Source of the DNA: Eledone cirrhosa
Taxonomy: Eukaryota
DNA: 64,000 bases
Reading direction: 5' to 3'
Assembly (NCBI GenBank): GCA_964016885.1
Contig: OZ024741.1
Location: 167,896,001-167,960,000 of the forward strand
Position numbers and translations under genes: made by a program. The notes under the pieces were generated by a model, which ran no database searches, was not told the origin of the DNA, and saw only the letters and a program-made list of their open reading frames with translations. Shown here piece by piece: positions 25,571 through 37,139 of this stretch; positions within the stretch are counted from its first letter, which is position 1; each line of letters starts with the position of its first letter.

Positions 25571-25687
25571 TAAGTTTAGTTTTGTCTAAATTGATTAATA
25601 ATTTGTACTTAACTTGATTTATAGTAATGAATACAGTAAAATTTAGTTGAATCAAAATAATAATACTCTCAAGTGTAATTATATCTA

Positions 25688-25875
25688 ATAATTATTTCTA
25701 CTTTAGGCACAAGGCCAGCAATTAACCAGTGCATTACTGGTACTTTATTTTATAGACCCCGTAAGGATGAAAGGCAAAGTCAATCTCGGCGGGATTTGAA
25801 TTCAGATCGTAAAGGGACGTAACTATGCTGGAAAGCATGGCGTCCGACCCTCTACCGATACGGCCAATCCACCAT
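25688..25875 (-). mobile_element. SINE family A, full copy
   Basis: Reverse complement of the family consensus; flanked by an atctaataatta duplication. Confidence 0.85.
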
Positions 25876-25886
25876 CTAATAATTAA

Positions 25887-26660
25887 TCTATATATATAAA
25901 ACTGTGGTTGTCTGTCTGTCTATCGATTTTTGGCACACATCTCCTCTTAGAATCTCTCACGGAATTGCACCGAAATTGCTATACTTGTACATTGAGCCCG
26001 AGCGAAGACATCGGAAAAAAAAAATTTCAAATTGACCCACCCTATGTGACGAAATCGAATATAATGTATCGATTTTTGAGCGTAAGTTATCAGTTATTTC
26101 CCTTTGTTCTGTTTACATTGAGCGTCTTACGTAAAAAATTACGCTGGCTTTCTCAGCGTTTAAAATGACATTAACACAATACACGAACATTCGAACACTA
26201 AGCTTCCGTTTTGCTTCATTTCCATTTAAAAGCATTTTAAAACAATATTTTTACTTGAAAACAAGTCTATTTAAAGACTACGTAAAACAAGCAAATATTT
26301 AAGGCGTGCAGACAGACAGTCGTGCAGAGAGGTGATATAGGCGTGCAGACAGACATAACTGATAATTTGGTTACGTTAATGTTTTTCTCTGCGTTGCAGT
26401 GTTTACATTTTCGATCTTTGTTAATAAATAACCAGTGCAGTTTTTATCCCCAGCATCCTCTTTTGTTATAACATTCGGGTTATCGTTATGTTTTCTTAAC
26501 TTCATAAGGCATATTGTTGGTTGAGGGAATATTAATCAAAAACACCACATGCAAGTCTGCACAGTAGACACTACAATTTTTAAGCCAAAAAAGAAACTTA
26601 ACATTGTAACTTTAACACAGCTACTGAGCGACCCCGAGCAACGCCGGGCTTTACTGCTAG
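25887..26660 (+). mobile_element. Non-autonomous Helitron, copy 2
   Basis: A|TCTATATATATAAAA...cccgagcaacgccgggctttactgCTAG|T; near-identical to copy 1. Confidence 0.88.
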
Positions 26661-27420
26661 TCTTATATATAATTGACAAATATCGATTTAAATTATATAG
26701 TTTATATAAAAGAACTATACAAATGCTAATATCTAAATAAGTAAGGTTTAATAATATCATATTTACTACATTTATAAGCACCATTGTTAGTTAATAATAT
26801 TTTTAATTTTGATTTTTCTAACTAAATTATTGATTATATTTATTAATTTAAATATACTCCTGATTACTCTTGAAATTATATTTTACCTTTTTCACTTTAT
26901 ATTGTTTTAATTTTGATATAATATAATAGTATAATTTCTTTCAAATATTATAGACTAAAAATTTCACGGTATTTAATTGATTATTTCTACCTAACTTAAT
27001 ATTTGAAGAAAAAAAAAACAGTCACGCATCATATACCTTTATTCTTCTTTTCTTTATGTAATTATATTATACCATACATATCTCTCTTTCTTTGTTTTTA
27101 GTATCATCTCTCTATCTTTTTCTTTTTCTCCTCTATTTAGCTCGCTCTCTCTCTCATTTGCTTCTTCTCTATTACGAATGTTTACATATTTAATTATTTA
27201 AATTTTTAACAGTTATGTACTAATATATTTATATATTTTACTTGTCTTTATATATACTTATAGTATTATTTTATACACGTTTTCCTACGTACCCTCTCAA
27301 TTATATGTAGTTTGTCATGTTACTACTCATGGTATATAAATATTGAGTTTTGTCATAACTCATCACTGCCAAACTAGAATTTAACCATCAGCACAGTTGA
27401 GGTATGTCAGACATCAATTT

Positions 27421-27483
27421 ATTTTATCTGATGAGGACGTATCGAAAAACAGCTCAGTACCTCTGAAATATATATAATAAAAT
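27421..27483 (+). ncRNA. Type-I hammerhead ribozyme motif (canonical core)
   Basis: attttat-CTGATGA-ggacgtat...gtacctct-GAAA-tatata-TA-ataaaat: 7-bp stem I, imperfect stem II, palindromic stem III. Confidence 0.7.
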
Positions 27484-27651
27484 ATATTTGATCACATGAA
27501 TGTCTATATTTATTAATATTTTGAAGTAATATTGATAACTACAGAAAACCTAACTGTTGATTGCTTCTAATCTATTGTAAAACTATATTAATTGATTAAT
27601 CAATGAATCTTGTTAAACTTTTGGTCATATATATATATATATATATATATG

Positions 27652-28205
27652 TAGGCATCTCTAACAAAATACACCCCCGTCCCACCACCCCCACCCCATC
27701 CACACCGCCCCTTTCAATGTAAAGTTATGTTGGTGTCACAACATCCAGGCCGAAACAAATGAGATCGTGTAGGTGTCACGACAAAAAAACACACAGTTCA
27801 CGCTGTAATGTGGCCGTGTAGGCAACACGGTAAAAACCTCCCAGCCCCACACTGTAAATGTGGTTGGTGTTAGGAAGGGCATCCAGCTGTAGAAAACCCG
27901 CCAGATAGTCCTATGCGAGCAAGCAATCGAAAGGTTGTGAGTTCAATTCTCAGACCAGGTGATGTTTCCTTGAGCAAGACACTTTATTTCACATTGCTCC
28001 AGTTTACTCAGCTGTAGAAATGAGATGATAGGGACTGGGGTCCATATCATTCCACTGCAAAGTGGTTGTGGAGGGTCCACAGCATAAAAGTACCCAGCAC
28101 TCACTGTAAATGAGGTTGGTGTTAGGAAGGGCACCCAGCTGTAGAAATCAAGCCAGAATCAGTTTCCGTCCCTGCAAGCAGGTAAAAGCGGGCGTAAAAT
28201 GATAT
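27652..28205 (+). mobile_element. RTE-tail retroposon copy followed by a CORE-like SINE with the same tail module
   Basis: 27652-27925 is the reverse complement of about 4645-5135 (single unit). 27930-28205 has ccttgagcaagacactttatttcac followed by ggtgttaggaagggca. Confidence 0.7.
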
Positions 28206-28534
28206 ATATATATATCTCTGATATCTATATATACAGAAGGCTGGACTGGAAAATTTACTTTACAATTTTAATTCCGTGAAATCACTATTTCGATGGCTCA
28301 GCTTCATCATCTGATTATGATGCCAGACAATTAATTTGTTGCATCATTGTTTACCAACCAGAATCAACAGTTCTACCCATTGGAAACCAACCTAACATGA
28401 ATTATATATATAAGATCAGATTAAAAGTTTAAGCAAACAATTTCTGCTATCACTCTAAAGCAGGAGTGAAACTGAGATATATCAATCTGTGGATGCAGAT
28501 GTAAATATTTCGAAAAAACTACAAGCCATTATTG

Positions 28535-28655
28535 TCTGAGTTCAAATCCCGCCGAGGTTAACTTTGCCTTTCATCCTTCCGGGGTCGATAGAATAAAGTA
28601 CCAGTAATGCATTGGGTAATTGCTGGCCTTGTGCCAAAAAGTAGAAACAATTATT
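28535..28655 (+). mobile_element. SINE family A, 5'-truncated
   Basis: ctgagttcaaatcccgccgagg...agtagaaacaatt. Confidence 0.85.
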
Positions 28656-29164
28656 GCCTTTATAAAAAACTAAGACATAATGATAACACATGAAAATGTT
28701 CTCTTGAGACACAGCAAAATGTATACAACCCTTATTGAGTTCTTTCTGGATTTTGGTTTTTGTATTTCTCCGACTTACACTTGAGGCAAGCATAGTCCAA
28801 TTGAATGGGCTTTCTCTGAGCATGCACCTGTAATTTGGAGGAGAACCTCTGTGAGACGGCACTTGCCCTAGTGGTGAAGGTTACTATGGCTTTTTGTGGG
28901 CTTTCTCCATGAGTGCCCCTCAGAGGTGTACACACTTTTGGGGAATTTGTTATGTTTTTATTTTAAATGTTTATTTTTTTAGTCTTCTTTATAAAGCTTT
29001 CCCTCACAGAAAAAAACCCACATTGTACTGCCCTGTACTGTCCTTATTGTCCTCTTAATGTAAGCCCTGTGTGGCTAATAAAGAAACTGGACAACATGCT
29101 TTGCAGTTAGGACCCTTTACATTCCCTCCCACAAAATTGTTGGCCTTGTACCTAAATCAGAAAA

Positions 29165-29548
29165 CATCATCATCATCATCATCATCACCATTTTACATCC
29201 GTTCTTCCACGCTAGCATGGGTTAGACGGGTTGTCCTGTTGTGGGCAGTGTCCAGTTGGCTGACCATGCCTTGCTCATATGAGAACTGATTCTGGTTTGA
29301 CTTCTACAGCTGGATGCCCTTCCCAACACCAACCTCATTTACAGTGAGTGCTGGGTGCTTTTTTCCGTGGCGCCTACACGTCCACTTTACAGTGTGGGTT
29401 GGGTGCTTTTTTGCCATGGCACCTCCATGACCACTTTGCAGTGGAAGAGTGGGGGCATATTGTCTATATGCTTCAGCTTCGGCTTGTACCCATGGGGGGG
29501 TCGGGTCTTCTGTACTACTGCTTGACGTCGGGTCTTCTGTATTACTGA
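29165..29548 (-). mobile_element. RTE-tail retroposon copy
   Basis: (CAT)n tail + gctggatgcccttcc..caccaacc module; highly similar to 37140-37490. Confidence 0.7.
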
Positions 29549-29552
29549 TTAT

Positions 29553-29740
29553 TGGTAGATTGGCAGTATTGGTAGAGGGTCGGATGCCATGCTTTCCAGC
29601 ATAGTTACGTCCCTTTACGATCTGAGTTCAAATCCCGCCGAGGTTGACTTTGCCTTTCATCCTTGCGGGGTCGATAACATAAAGTACCAGTAATGCACTG
29701 GATAATTGATGGCCTTGTGCCTAAAGTAGAAATAATTATT
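29553..29740 (+). mobile_element. SINE family A, full copy
   Basis: A/B-box-like head and central domain as at 10415. Confidence 0.85.
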
Positions 29741-29902
29741 AATACTATTACTACTACTTTGTCATGCAGTATAGATGGACAATTCTCTGGAGTATTTAGT
29801 CATCTGTCAAGTCAAAACAAGAACCTTTCCTTGAAATGTGCACAATACCTAGCAAGGTTGATTTTTGTTCAGTACCAATCTTGCATGGTATTCCCAGCTG
29901 CT

Positions 29903-30136
29903 TTAACACTTTAGCATTTACATTACTACCTATACATTATTGTATTTGGGATGGGGGGGGGGGGGGGCTTTATCTTACATAATTATCTCACATAATATTG
30001 AATCTATGAGATTTTGATATTATTTATTTTGAGAATACTTTAACGTCAGTATGAACAGCCGGTTATAACCGGTTTGAGCAGAAAGAGGTGAGAGAATTCT
30101 GGCTGGATATGGCCGGTTTAAATGCTAAAGGGTTAA
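29903..30136. mobile_element. piggyBac-type MITE (same family as 6321)
   Basis: TTAA|CACTTTAGCATT...AATGCTAAAGGG|TTAA. Confidence 0.85.
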
Positions 30137-30371
30137 GAATTCTTCTGTTTGCTGATGATGCCTCACTTGTTGTGCACACTAAAAGAGCCATGCAGCCTGT
30201 TGAAGAATGGAAATATAAGGACTTTGTTGCAACTTCTAGGCCTGTATGTTGTTTTGAGAACCTATTGTGATAGGGTCTTGTGTAAGAAATATTATTTTTG
30301 CTCCAGTAAACATTCATGTACAGAACTGGCACCTGGGTATCGAGTGCCCTAGGCTAGTGATACACGATGCC

Positions 30372-30391
30372 TCATCATCATCATCATCATC

Positions 30392-30424
<33 letters not shown>

Positions 30425-30436
30425 GTCATCATCATC

Positions 30437-30468
<32 letters not shown>

Positions 30469-31345
30469 CATCATCACCATCATCATCACCATCACCATCA
30501 CCATCACCACAACCACCACCACTGCACTGATTGGAATAATCTACCTTTTACCTTCACCATTATATACTCATGCTGGTGGTGATGATGAGGATTACGGTGG
30601 TATTGATGATGATGTTGTTGGTGGTGGTGGTGATAATGGTGATGCTGAAATGGAAATTCTGTTGTAAAGAATAATAATCAAATTACAATTACCAATATTC
30701 TGTGAGTCTAAACCAGAAAGATTTTATATAACAATTCAACTTTCTTCCTATATATCACAGCAATAAAGTCAACAGAATAGATCTCATTTCCGTTATAAAA
30801 GACAAATATTTGACCGAGGCAGAAGAGGTGCTTCTTTAAGATATAACGTCTTAACTCATTTAATATCAACAATGATGATGATGATGGTGGTGATGATAGT
30901 GATGGTGATGGTGTTGATGATGACGATGATGATGGTGGTGGTGGTGGTGATGATGATGATGATGATGATGATGGTGACGATGATGATAGTGATGGTGATG
31001 GTGATGATGATGATGATGATGATGGTGACGATGATGATGATAGTGATGGTGATGGTGGTGATGATGATGACGATGACGATGATGATGATGATGGTGGTGG
31101 TGGTGGTGATGGTGGTGGTGATGATGATGGTGATGGTGATGATGATGGTGATGATGGTGATGGTGATGATGATGATGATGATGATAGTGATGGTGATGAT
31201 GATGACGATGATGGTGGTGGTGGTGATGATGATGATGCTGATGGTGATGATGATGGTGATGATAGTGATGATGATGATGGTGGTGGTGGTGATGATGATG
31301 GTGATGGTGACGATGATCTTCATCATCATCATCATCATCGTCGTC
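30372..31345. repeat. (CAT/CAC)n tract at 30372-30520 and opposite-sense (GAT/GGT)n tract at 30870-31317
   Basis: Direct reading; the poly-H, poly-M/V and poly-I/T ORFs are translations of these repeats. Confidence 0.95.
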
Positions 31346-31672
31346 GTCTTAGTAATTGTTGCTTAATGTCTGTTTTCCATATTGGCATGGGTTGGATGGG
31401 TTGAAGTCTACTTAATTGTAGTTATTGATCTTCAAGATAAACGGGGTCACATTTAACGGGGTCCAGTTTTCTTCTTAAATAGATGCAGTCATATCTGTGT
31501 GGGTTAAAACTTCTTCTGTTGCAGACATGTGGTACTAGTTTCAATCTCACATGTACAGAGTCTTGGGTAAGTCTACTGTAACCAGGTTTCTGTTGACTAC
31601 AGCCTTGCGAGTGAAATTAATTTAAGAAACAAAAAGTACCGAAGCCCATTGAATATAATATATATATATATA

Positions 31673-32590
31673 TACGAGGTGTGTCAGAAAAGTTCCCGGA
31701 CTGATGTCACAAAAGATTTATTTCAAACCCAAACTTCACACTAAGAGTTTTCTCCTTTACAGTAATCCCCCTGGAGTCTAATGCACTTTTCCATCCTTTT
31801 CTGCCATGCTTGCATGCACTCCTGGAAGGATTCTTTCAGGATCCTCCGCAGTTCCGTCATCACGGCCTATTTGATGTCGTCCACGTCACCAAAACGGGTC
31901 CCCTCCGGGTCATACTCGAAGATCCATGACTCATCACCGGTGATGACTGACCCTAGCAAGTCTGGTTCGGTTTCAAGACGCTCGAGGATGTCCTGGCACA
32001 CTTGCATGCGACGACCCTTCTGGTCATCGTTCAGCAGTTTTGGCACCATCTTTGCGCAGACTTTCCGCATGTCCAAATCTTCAGTGAGAATCTTCCAGAC
32101 GCTGTCCCGATTCATGCCCAGCTCATTTGCTATCAGTCGAACAGTCAGCCGATGATCGCTACACACCATCTGCCTGACGCGCTCAACGTTGACCTCAGTC
32201 CTGGTTGTTGAGGGCCTTCCGCTCCTGGGGTCATCTTCCACATCCTCATGTCCTTCTTTAAACCTCTTGCACCACTCAAAAACACGTGAGCATGACATCG
32301 TCTCATCTCCATACACTTGCTGCAGCAATCCCAGTGCTTCTGATGGAGTTTTCCCCAACCGTACCAGAAACTTCAAGTTTGTTCGTTGCTCTGTGCTCAT
32401 TGCTTGATGACCTGAAACAGAGGACATGTATATAAAATTATGAAGAAAAAAGTTTGATCTGCAGAGAGCTAAGATTACAGTTACATACTCCAGGGGATTA
32501 CTTTGAAGGAGAAAACTCTTAGTGCGAAGTTTGGGTTTGAAATAAATCTTTTATGACATCAGTCCTGGAACTTTTCTGACACACCTCGTG
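31673..32590 (-). mobile_element. Internally deleted mariner element with about 105-bp inverted ends, TA target
   Basis: TA|TACGAGGTGTGTCAGAAAAGTTCC...GGAACTTTTCTGACACACCTCGTG|TA. Confidence 0.92.
31742..32400 (-). pseudogene. mariner transposase with most of the catalytic domain deleted
   Basis: MSTEQRTNLKFLVRLGKT..FKEG.EDVEDDPRSGRPST..KVCAKMVPKLL..ITGDESWIFEYDPE joined directly to GTRFGDVDDIK...KCIRLQGDY. Confidence 0.9.
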
Positions 32591-33317
32591 TATATATATA
32601 TATATAATACAATATGTTGAAAAGATAATACAATATGTTGAAAAGATCTGTTTTGCCAAATAAGTTGTTGACAGAAATTATTAGCCCATGGTTCATCAGC
32701 GTGTGTAAGGCTATACATTTCAGACAACTCTAAGAGAATCTAAAGCGACCGTCTAGCCACACGTGGGAGAGAGAATTCACAGCGTGCCTAGGGCAGTAAC
32801 CAGTGGCTAATCATTTCTGTCAACAACTTATTTGGCGAAACAGATCTTTTGGGATTTGTACGTGTGTTAGATAGTTATCGAGGTATGCACTTTAATTTAT
32901 ACTTTTAATTATTGTGTGTCTACCCTGCCTTCCATGGGCTATAGATTCCATACACTGGTGGTTTTTCCCTGTTTGATTGATGGCGCACTATCTCTCTCTA
33001 CTGTGTTATCTTTTCAACATATTGTATTATAAACAGCTCGGGATTCCTTCTCCTTTGAGCACATTACTGACAGGGAATAGCGAGAGTCTATGGCTCCGTT
33101 AATTTATCGTGATATATATATATATATATGTGGTAAGATACCAGGGGGACCATAACACACCAAACAGCCAGAGCTCAGCCGTTAAGGTCCTGACTCTTTT
33201 CCTATATATATATCATCATCATCATCATCATCATTGTTTACTGACCATCTTCCACGCTAGCATGGGTTAGATGGTTTTGTTCCATTTGATGCGGGAATGG
33301 TCGGGAGACTGCCTGTC

Positions 33318-34230
33318 ACATGTATAGTACACAATGAAAAATTATAATTTTACATTAAAAAGAATAATTTTATACCTGACCAGTTTCGCTTAAAACATCT
33401 TTCCAATAGTTTTTGCATGTTTAGTTTACTGGCTTTCCATTTGTAATGTTATTATCACTTATGTTTTTGTTAAAACAAAGGAGACAATTGGTTGTATCTT
33501 TGTCCCTTGTGTCGAGGATATAAACTTAATTCTTGACAAGGGATGTAATTCTGGTCTGTCATGGTATTAAAGGTTATATATGCAAAACATTCAGCTGTTG
33601 CCTAAATCTTTTCTTTACCAATCTTTTCTTTACTAATCTTTTCTTTACTAATCTTTTCTTTACTAATCTTTTCTTTACTAATCTTTTCTTTACTAATCTT
33701 TTCTTTACTAATCTTTTCTTTACTAATCTTTTCTTTACTAATCTTTTCTTTACTAATCTTTTCTTTACTAATCTTTTCTTTACTAATCTTTTCTTTACTA
33801 ATCTTTTCTTTACTAATCTTTTCTTTACTAATCATTTCTTTACCAATGCGTTTTCCCTCTGATATTGACTGGCATCATTGGTAAAATGTAGAGACATTGA
33901 AATTTGGTAAAGTTTGCCCTCTACATTCCAAAGAATGGCAGTGAACTACCATTCTTTGTCAACAAATTAGAGACAAAAAAAGGTCCCTCATAGCCAACAT
34001 ATAGAGACTGTCCCTTGGCAAGAATTAAGTCTTCATCCTCGACACAAGGAACAAAGATACAACCAATTGTGTCTCTTTGTTTTAACAAAAAGCATAAATG
34101 ACAATAACATTTCAAATGAAAAACTAAACATGCAAAAACTTTTGAAAAGATGTTTCAAGTGAAACTGGTGAAGCACAAAACTATTCTTTTTGGTGTAAAA
34201 TATTTTAATTTTGTTGTGTACTATACACGT
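33318..34230. repeat. Diverged inverted repeat (about 225-bp arms) enclosing a 15-bp minisatellite
   Basis: 33318-33543 vs 34010-34230; (aatcttttctttact) about x16 at 33605-33845. Confidence 0.85.
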
Positions 34231-34469
34231 AACATATAAATACAAAAGTACAAAAACGATTTTTTTTATGTTTAAAAATGTTTTTCTGTTGTGTACTATA
34301 CTATATACACAAGTATATGTATTAAAAACACATTAAGTGCTTTTTTCAAATCTTTATCGTTTTTCCTATATAACATGATTTGGATAGAAATGCTTAATCT
34401 TCCAACATTTTGATTCTCTCTCTCTATATATATACATATGTATATATATATATATATATATATACATAC

Positions 34470-34688
34470 ATAGGGTGCTCCTTAAAATGTATACACACTT
34501 TGATTACCTGTACAGTCAATATTTATTAGAATGCACAGCCTTTTACAATGATCTACAGACATAATTCAATTGTATGTAAACACCCAAAAATGTTTACATA
34601 ATCTAAGTAATGCATCATCATAAAAAACAGAATTTATTTTAATGCATTTTAAAAGGTTTTGTTGTGTATATATTTTTGGGGGACACCA

Positions 34689-34690
<2 letters not shown>
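34470..34690. mobile_element. Tc1/mariner-type MITE
   Basis: Imperfect TIRs agggtgctcc..aaaatgtatacaca / tgtgtatatattttt..ggacacca inside (TA)n. Confidence 0.55.
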
Positions 34691-34724
<34 letters not shown>

Positions 34725-34726
<2 letters not shown>

Positions 34727-35130
34727 ATATAAGATCAAAAGATGGTTAAAAGAGTTTCAAGTATTTTATTATTCGCATTTCAAAAACAAATATCATCATG
34801 GGATGATATCTGCGTTCTCATCAGATAAAATAGGGAAACATGATATGAAGTTTAAAAAACACTTGTGAGCAGTGAAGTTTTAAATCAACTTCACTGCTCA
34901 CAAGTGTTTTTAAAACTTCATATCATGTTTCCCTATTTTATCTGATGAGAACGCAGATATCATCCCATGATGATATTTGTTTTTGAAATGCGCATAATAA
35001 AATACTTGGAACTCTTTTAACCATCTTTTGATCTTATATTATTTATACTCCAGTCCTATAAACTGTGGAGTGCTACTTATCCGATGTTTGCATTGCTTTA
35101 TTGTTGCTACAATAAAACTCACCTCCTACA
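34725..35130. mobile_element. Fold-back PLE terminal repeat: about 155-bp arms (34725-34879 / 34887-35041) plus unique 3' extension
   Basis: Near-perfect inverted arms, 7-nt spacer, TA-flanked, a hammerhead in each arm. Confidence 0.85.
34934..35004 (+). ncRNA. Type-I hammerhead ribozyme motif (canonical core); mirror copy on the minus strand at about 34762-34831
   Basis: tattttat-CTGATGA-gaacgcagatatcatc..gatgatatttgttttt-GAAA-tgcgca-TA-ataaaata: 8-bp stem I, long stem II, palindromic ATGCGCAT stem III. Confidence 0.8.
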
Positions 35131-35492
35131 TATATATATATATATATATACATGTATATATAATTCAAATCAAGAGATATATGTATATATAGCTTTTATA
35201 GACTTTTGTAATGCTTATGTTATATGTAAATTTATTATTAAATTATATGCCTTGCATTATGCTTAACTTCCTTATAGCACCATTTTTCTCTATACCAGCA
35301 TGTTTTAAAGTTTTTTAATGCTTCTAGCTGCTCTTATTCTTATTTATATTTATATTTATAAGATTATGTTTTTAATATGCTTCTTGCTTTCTTTTATATC
35401 AATGTCAATATTTATTTTTTTGCTTTCTTCCTATATGTTTTATCCCCAGAATGTTCTTTGACAAGTTAATCTGTGTTTTAACCTTTGATTTA

Positions 35493-35539
35493 TACTTTGA
35501 TGATTCCAGCCTTGTACTTGAATGAAACGATTGTTAGTA
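35493..35539 (+). ncRNA. Degenerate hammerhead motif (C3U only)
   Basis: tact-TTGATGA-ttccag..cttgaat-GAAAC-gatt-GTT-agta at the end of an AT-rich TA-flanked segment. Confidence 0.45.
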
Positions 35540-35579
35540 ATTAAATGTTCTTAAACACTCTTTGATTGTTATTTATAAA

Positions 35580-35625
<46 letters not shown>

Positions 35626-35629
<4 letters not shown>

Positions 35630-36808
35630 GTGGCCCCTATTTTTCAACTTTCTGAAAGCTTAGCTCCCAATGCCCTATCTTGTTCCAATTAACAAAAAAG
35701 CTTAAGTGAATTACTGTAAGGCGACCCTCATCAACCATGAAATTTTGAAGTTTTTGCCCAGAAAGTCATTTTTTCAAATAAAAACATTTATCTCTTATAT
35801 AAATTTCTTTTAAATTAAAAACTTGTTCAGACTTATTCTTGGTTTTAGAAGGATAAGTGACAATAAATATAATGGGGAAGGCAACTTGCAAGATGGGGAC
35901 AGAGCGCAGGTATAGAGCAAACACCTACTTTTCACTGTGGAAGCAGCAAAATTTTAACTTTCGGAAAATTACCTATTGCTAAGGGCCACTCTAATATACA
36001 TATATCTGTATGTGGTTGAGAGCTGAGAGAAATGAGTACTAGGTATTGAGTTATATATATATATACAATCTATATATATATATATATACACATATATACA
36101 TATATATATATGATATGTATATATATTCTCTCTTTACTATCCTAGCTTTCATATTTCTCCTTGCTCCCCTTCTCTCATAGTATTTGTATATAAACAAGTA
36201 CATAGATACAAGGAGAAAGAGAGAGCAATGAGAAAAGGAGAGGAAGGAGAGAAAAGATGAAACTGAGAAACAATTTGTTTTACAGATCGTTACCGAAAAC
36301 CGTAAAACATACCCAGCTGCCACTAAATCCTCTCTTATGCAAAAATAATGTTCAATATTCAGTGTTCAGTGTTCACATTTTGTTTTTGATTCCATATAAA
36401 TTATTGTTGTAAATAAAAATATGTTTTTCTGATAGAAGTTGTGTGCTTTATTAAGAAAACCTAATATTTCTTAAGTTTTTCATGTTATTTCAGGAATTTT
36501 TCAAATTAACTATTAATAAATTTGATTCAGAACGTTTTTAAACATTTGCTGGGGTTGCCTGGATGTGTCCACATAAATTTCTCTAAGAAGAAAAAAGAAA
36601 ATGGTTGAGATAGAGAACAGTATACTGCTTTTGAACAGAATTAATTGTTGCGTATACTATGCTCCAACTTCAAGGCATTTGTGGGTCACCTAACAGTTGT
36701 CCAATTAAGCTGAAAATGTGCTTGTGTTTGTTTATTGAAACAGGATTAGGGGGTGGGAGCAGCAAAATTTAACTTTCGGAAAATTACCTATTGTTAAGGG
36801 CCACCCTG
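35626..36808 (+). mobile_element. hAT (hATm-like) composite non-autonomous element
   Basis: Left end TAGAGTGGCCC (35626); right ends GGGCCACTCTA (35993) and GGGCCACCCTG (36808); carries the transposase tail KDETEKQFVLQIVTENRK. The family name is from recollection of TAGGGTG-type ends and the VVNDxAERGVK motif. Confidence 0.6.
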
Positions 36809-36934
36809 ATATATATATATATAACAAACAAACAGGCAGTCTGTTAATATGTAAATCAGACCGATCAGTATATTTTAGAAAGTATCATATATTTTCATTA
36901 ACTCTGATAGTTGTAGTTGGCAGGTAAGCAGTAT

Positions 36935-36981
36935 ACTGCACTGATGAAGGGTAATCACCCAGAAACATTAGTGTCTGCAGT
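36935..36981 (+). ncRNA. Type-I hammerhead ribozyme motif (canonical core, GUC site)
   Basis: actgca-CTGATGA-a-gggt(aatc)accc-a-GAAAC-attagt-GTC-tgcagt within a TA-flanked ~290-bp segment (36820-37110). Confidence 0.8.
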
Positions 36982-37139
36982 TCTGTTTACATGCCAATAC
37001 AAGAGCAAGAATGACGTAGTCATTCTACTGACATGGCTTTAAAGAGGCTGTTTGCATAATTGCAAACGAATTGAATATTATTATTGATATTCGAAAAACT
37101 CAGATTACATATATATATATATATTTATGTATTATCATC

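Larger units (their letters stand above)
23900..27630 (+). mobile_element. 5'-truncated Penelope-like element (GIY-YIG + long AT-rich 3' region + hammerhead-bearing terminal repeat), interrupted by two Helitrons and a SINE
   Basis: GIY-YIG ORF at the start, continuous very AT-rich sequence at 24330-24619, 25571-25687 and 26661-27360, hammerhead at 27421. Continuity across the insertions is inferred. Confidence 0.6.

Noticed and set aside
28270-28320. Minus-strand GATGATGAAG...CGAAATAG hammerhead-like words
   Set aside because: Core and stems do not pair convincingly.
30267-31366. Poly-His, poly-Ser and poly-Met/Val ORFs
   Set aside because: They are (CAT)n/(GAT)n trinucleotide tracts with no flanking coding context.
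33533-33862. TNLFF / KEKIS repeat ORFs, and the array as a possible CRISPR
   Set aside because: A pure 15-bp tandem repeat with no spacers, in a eukaryotic context.
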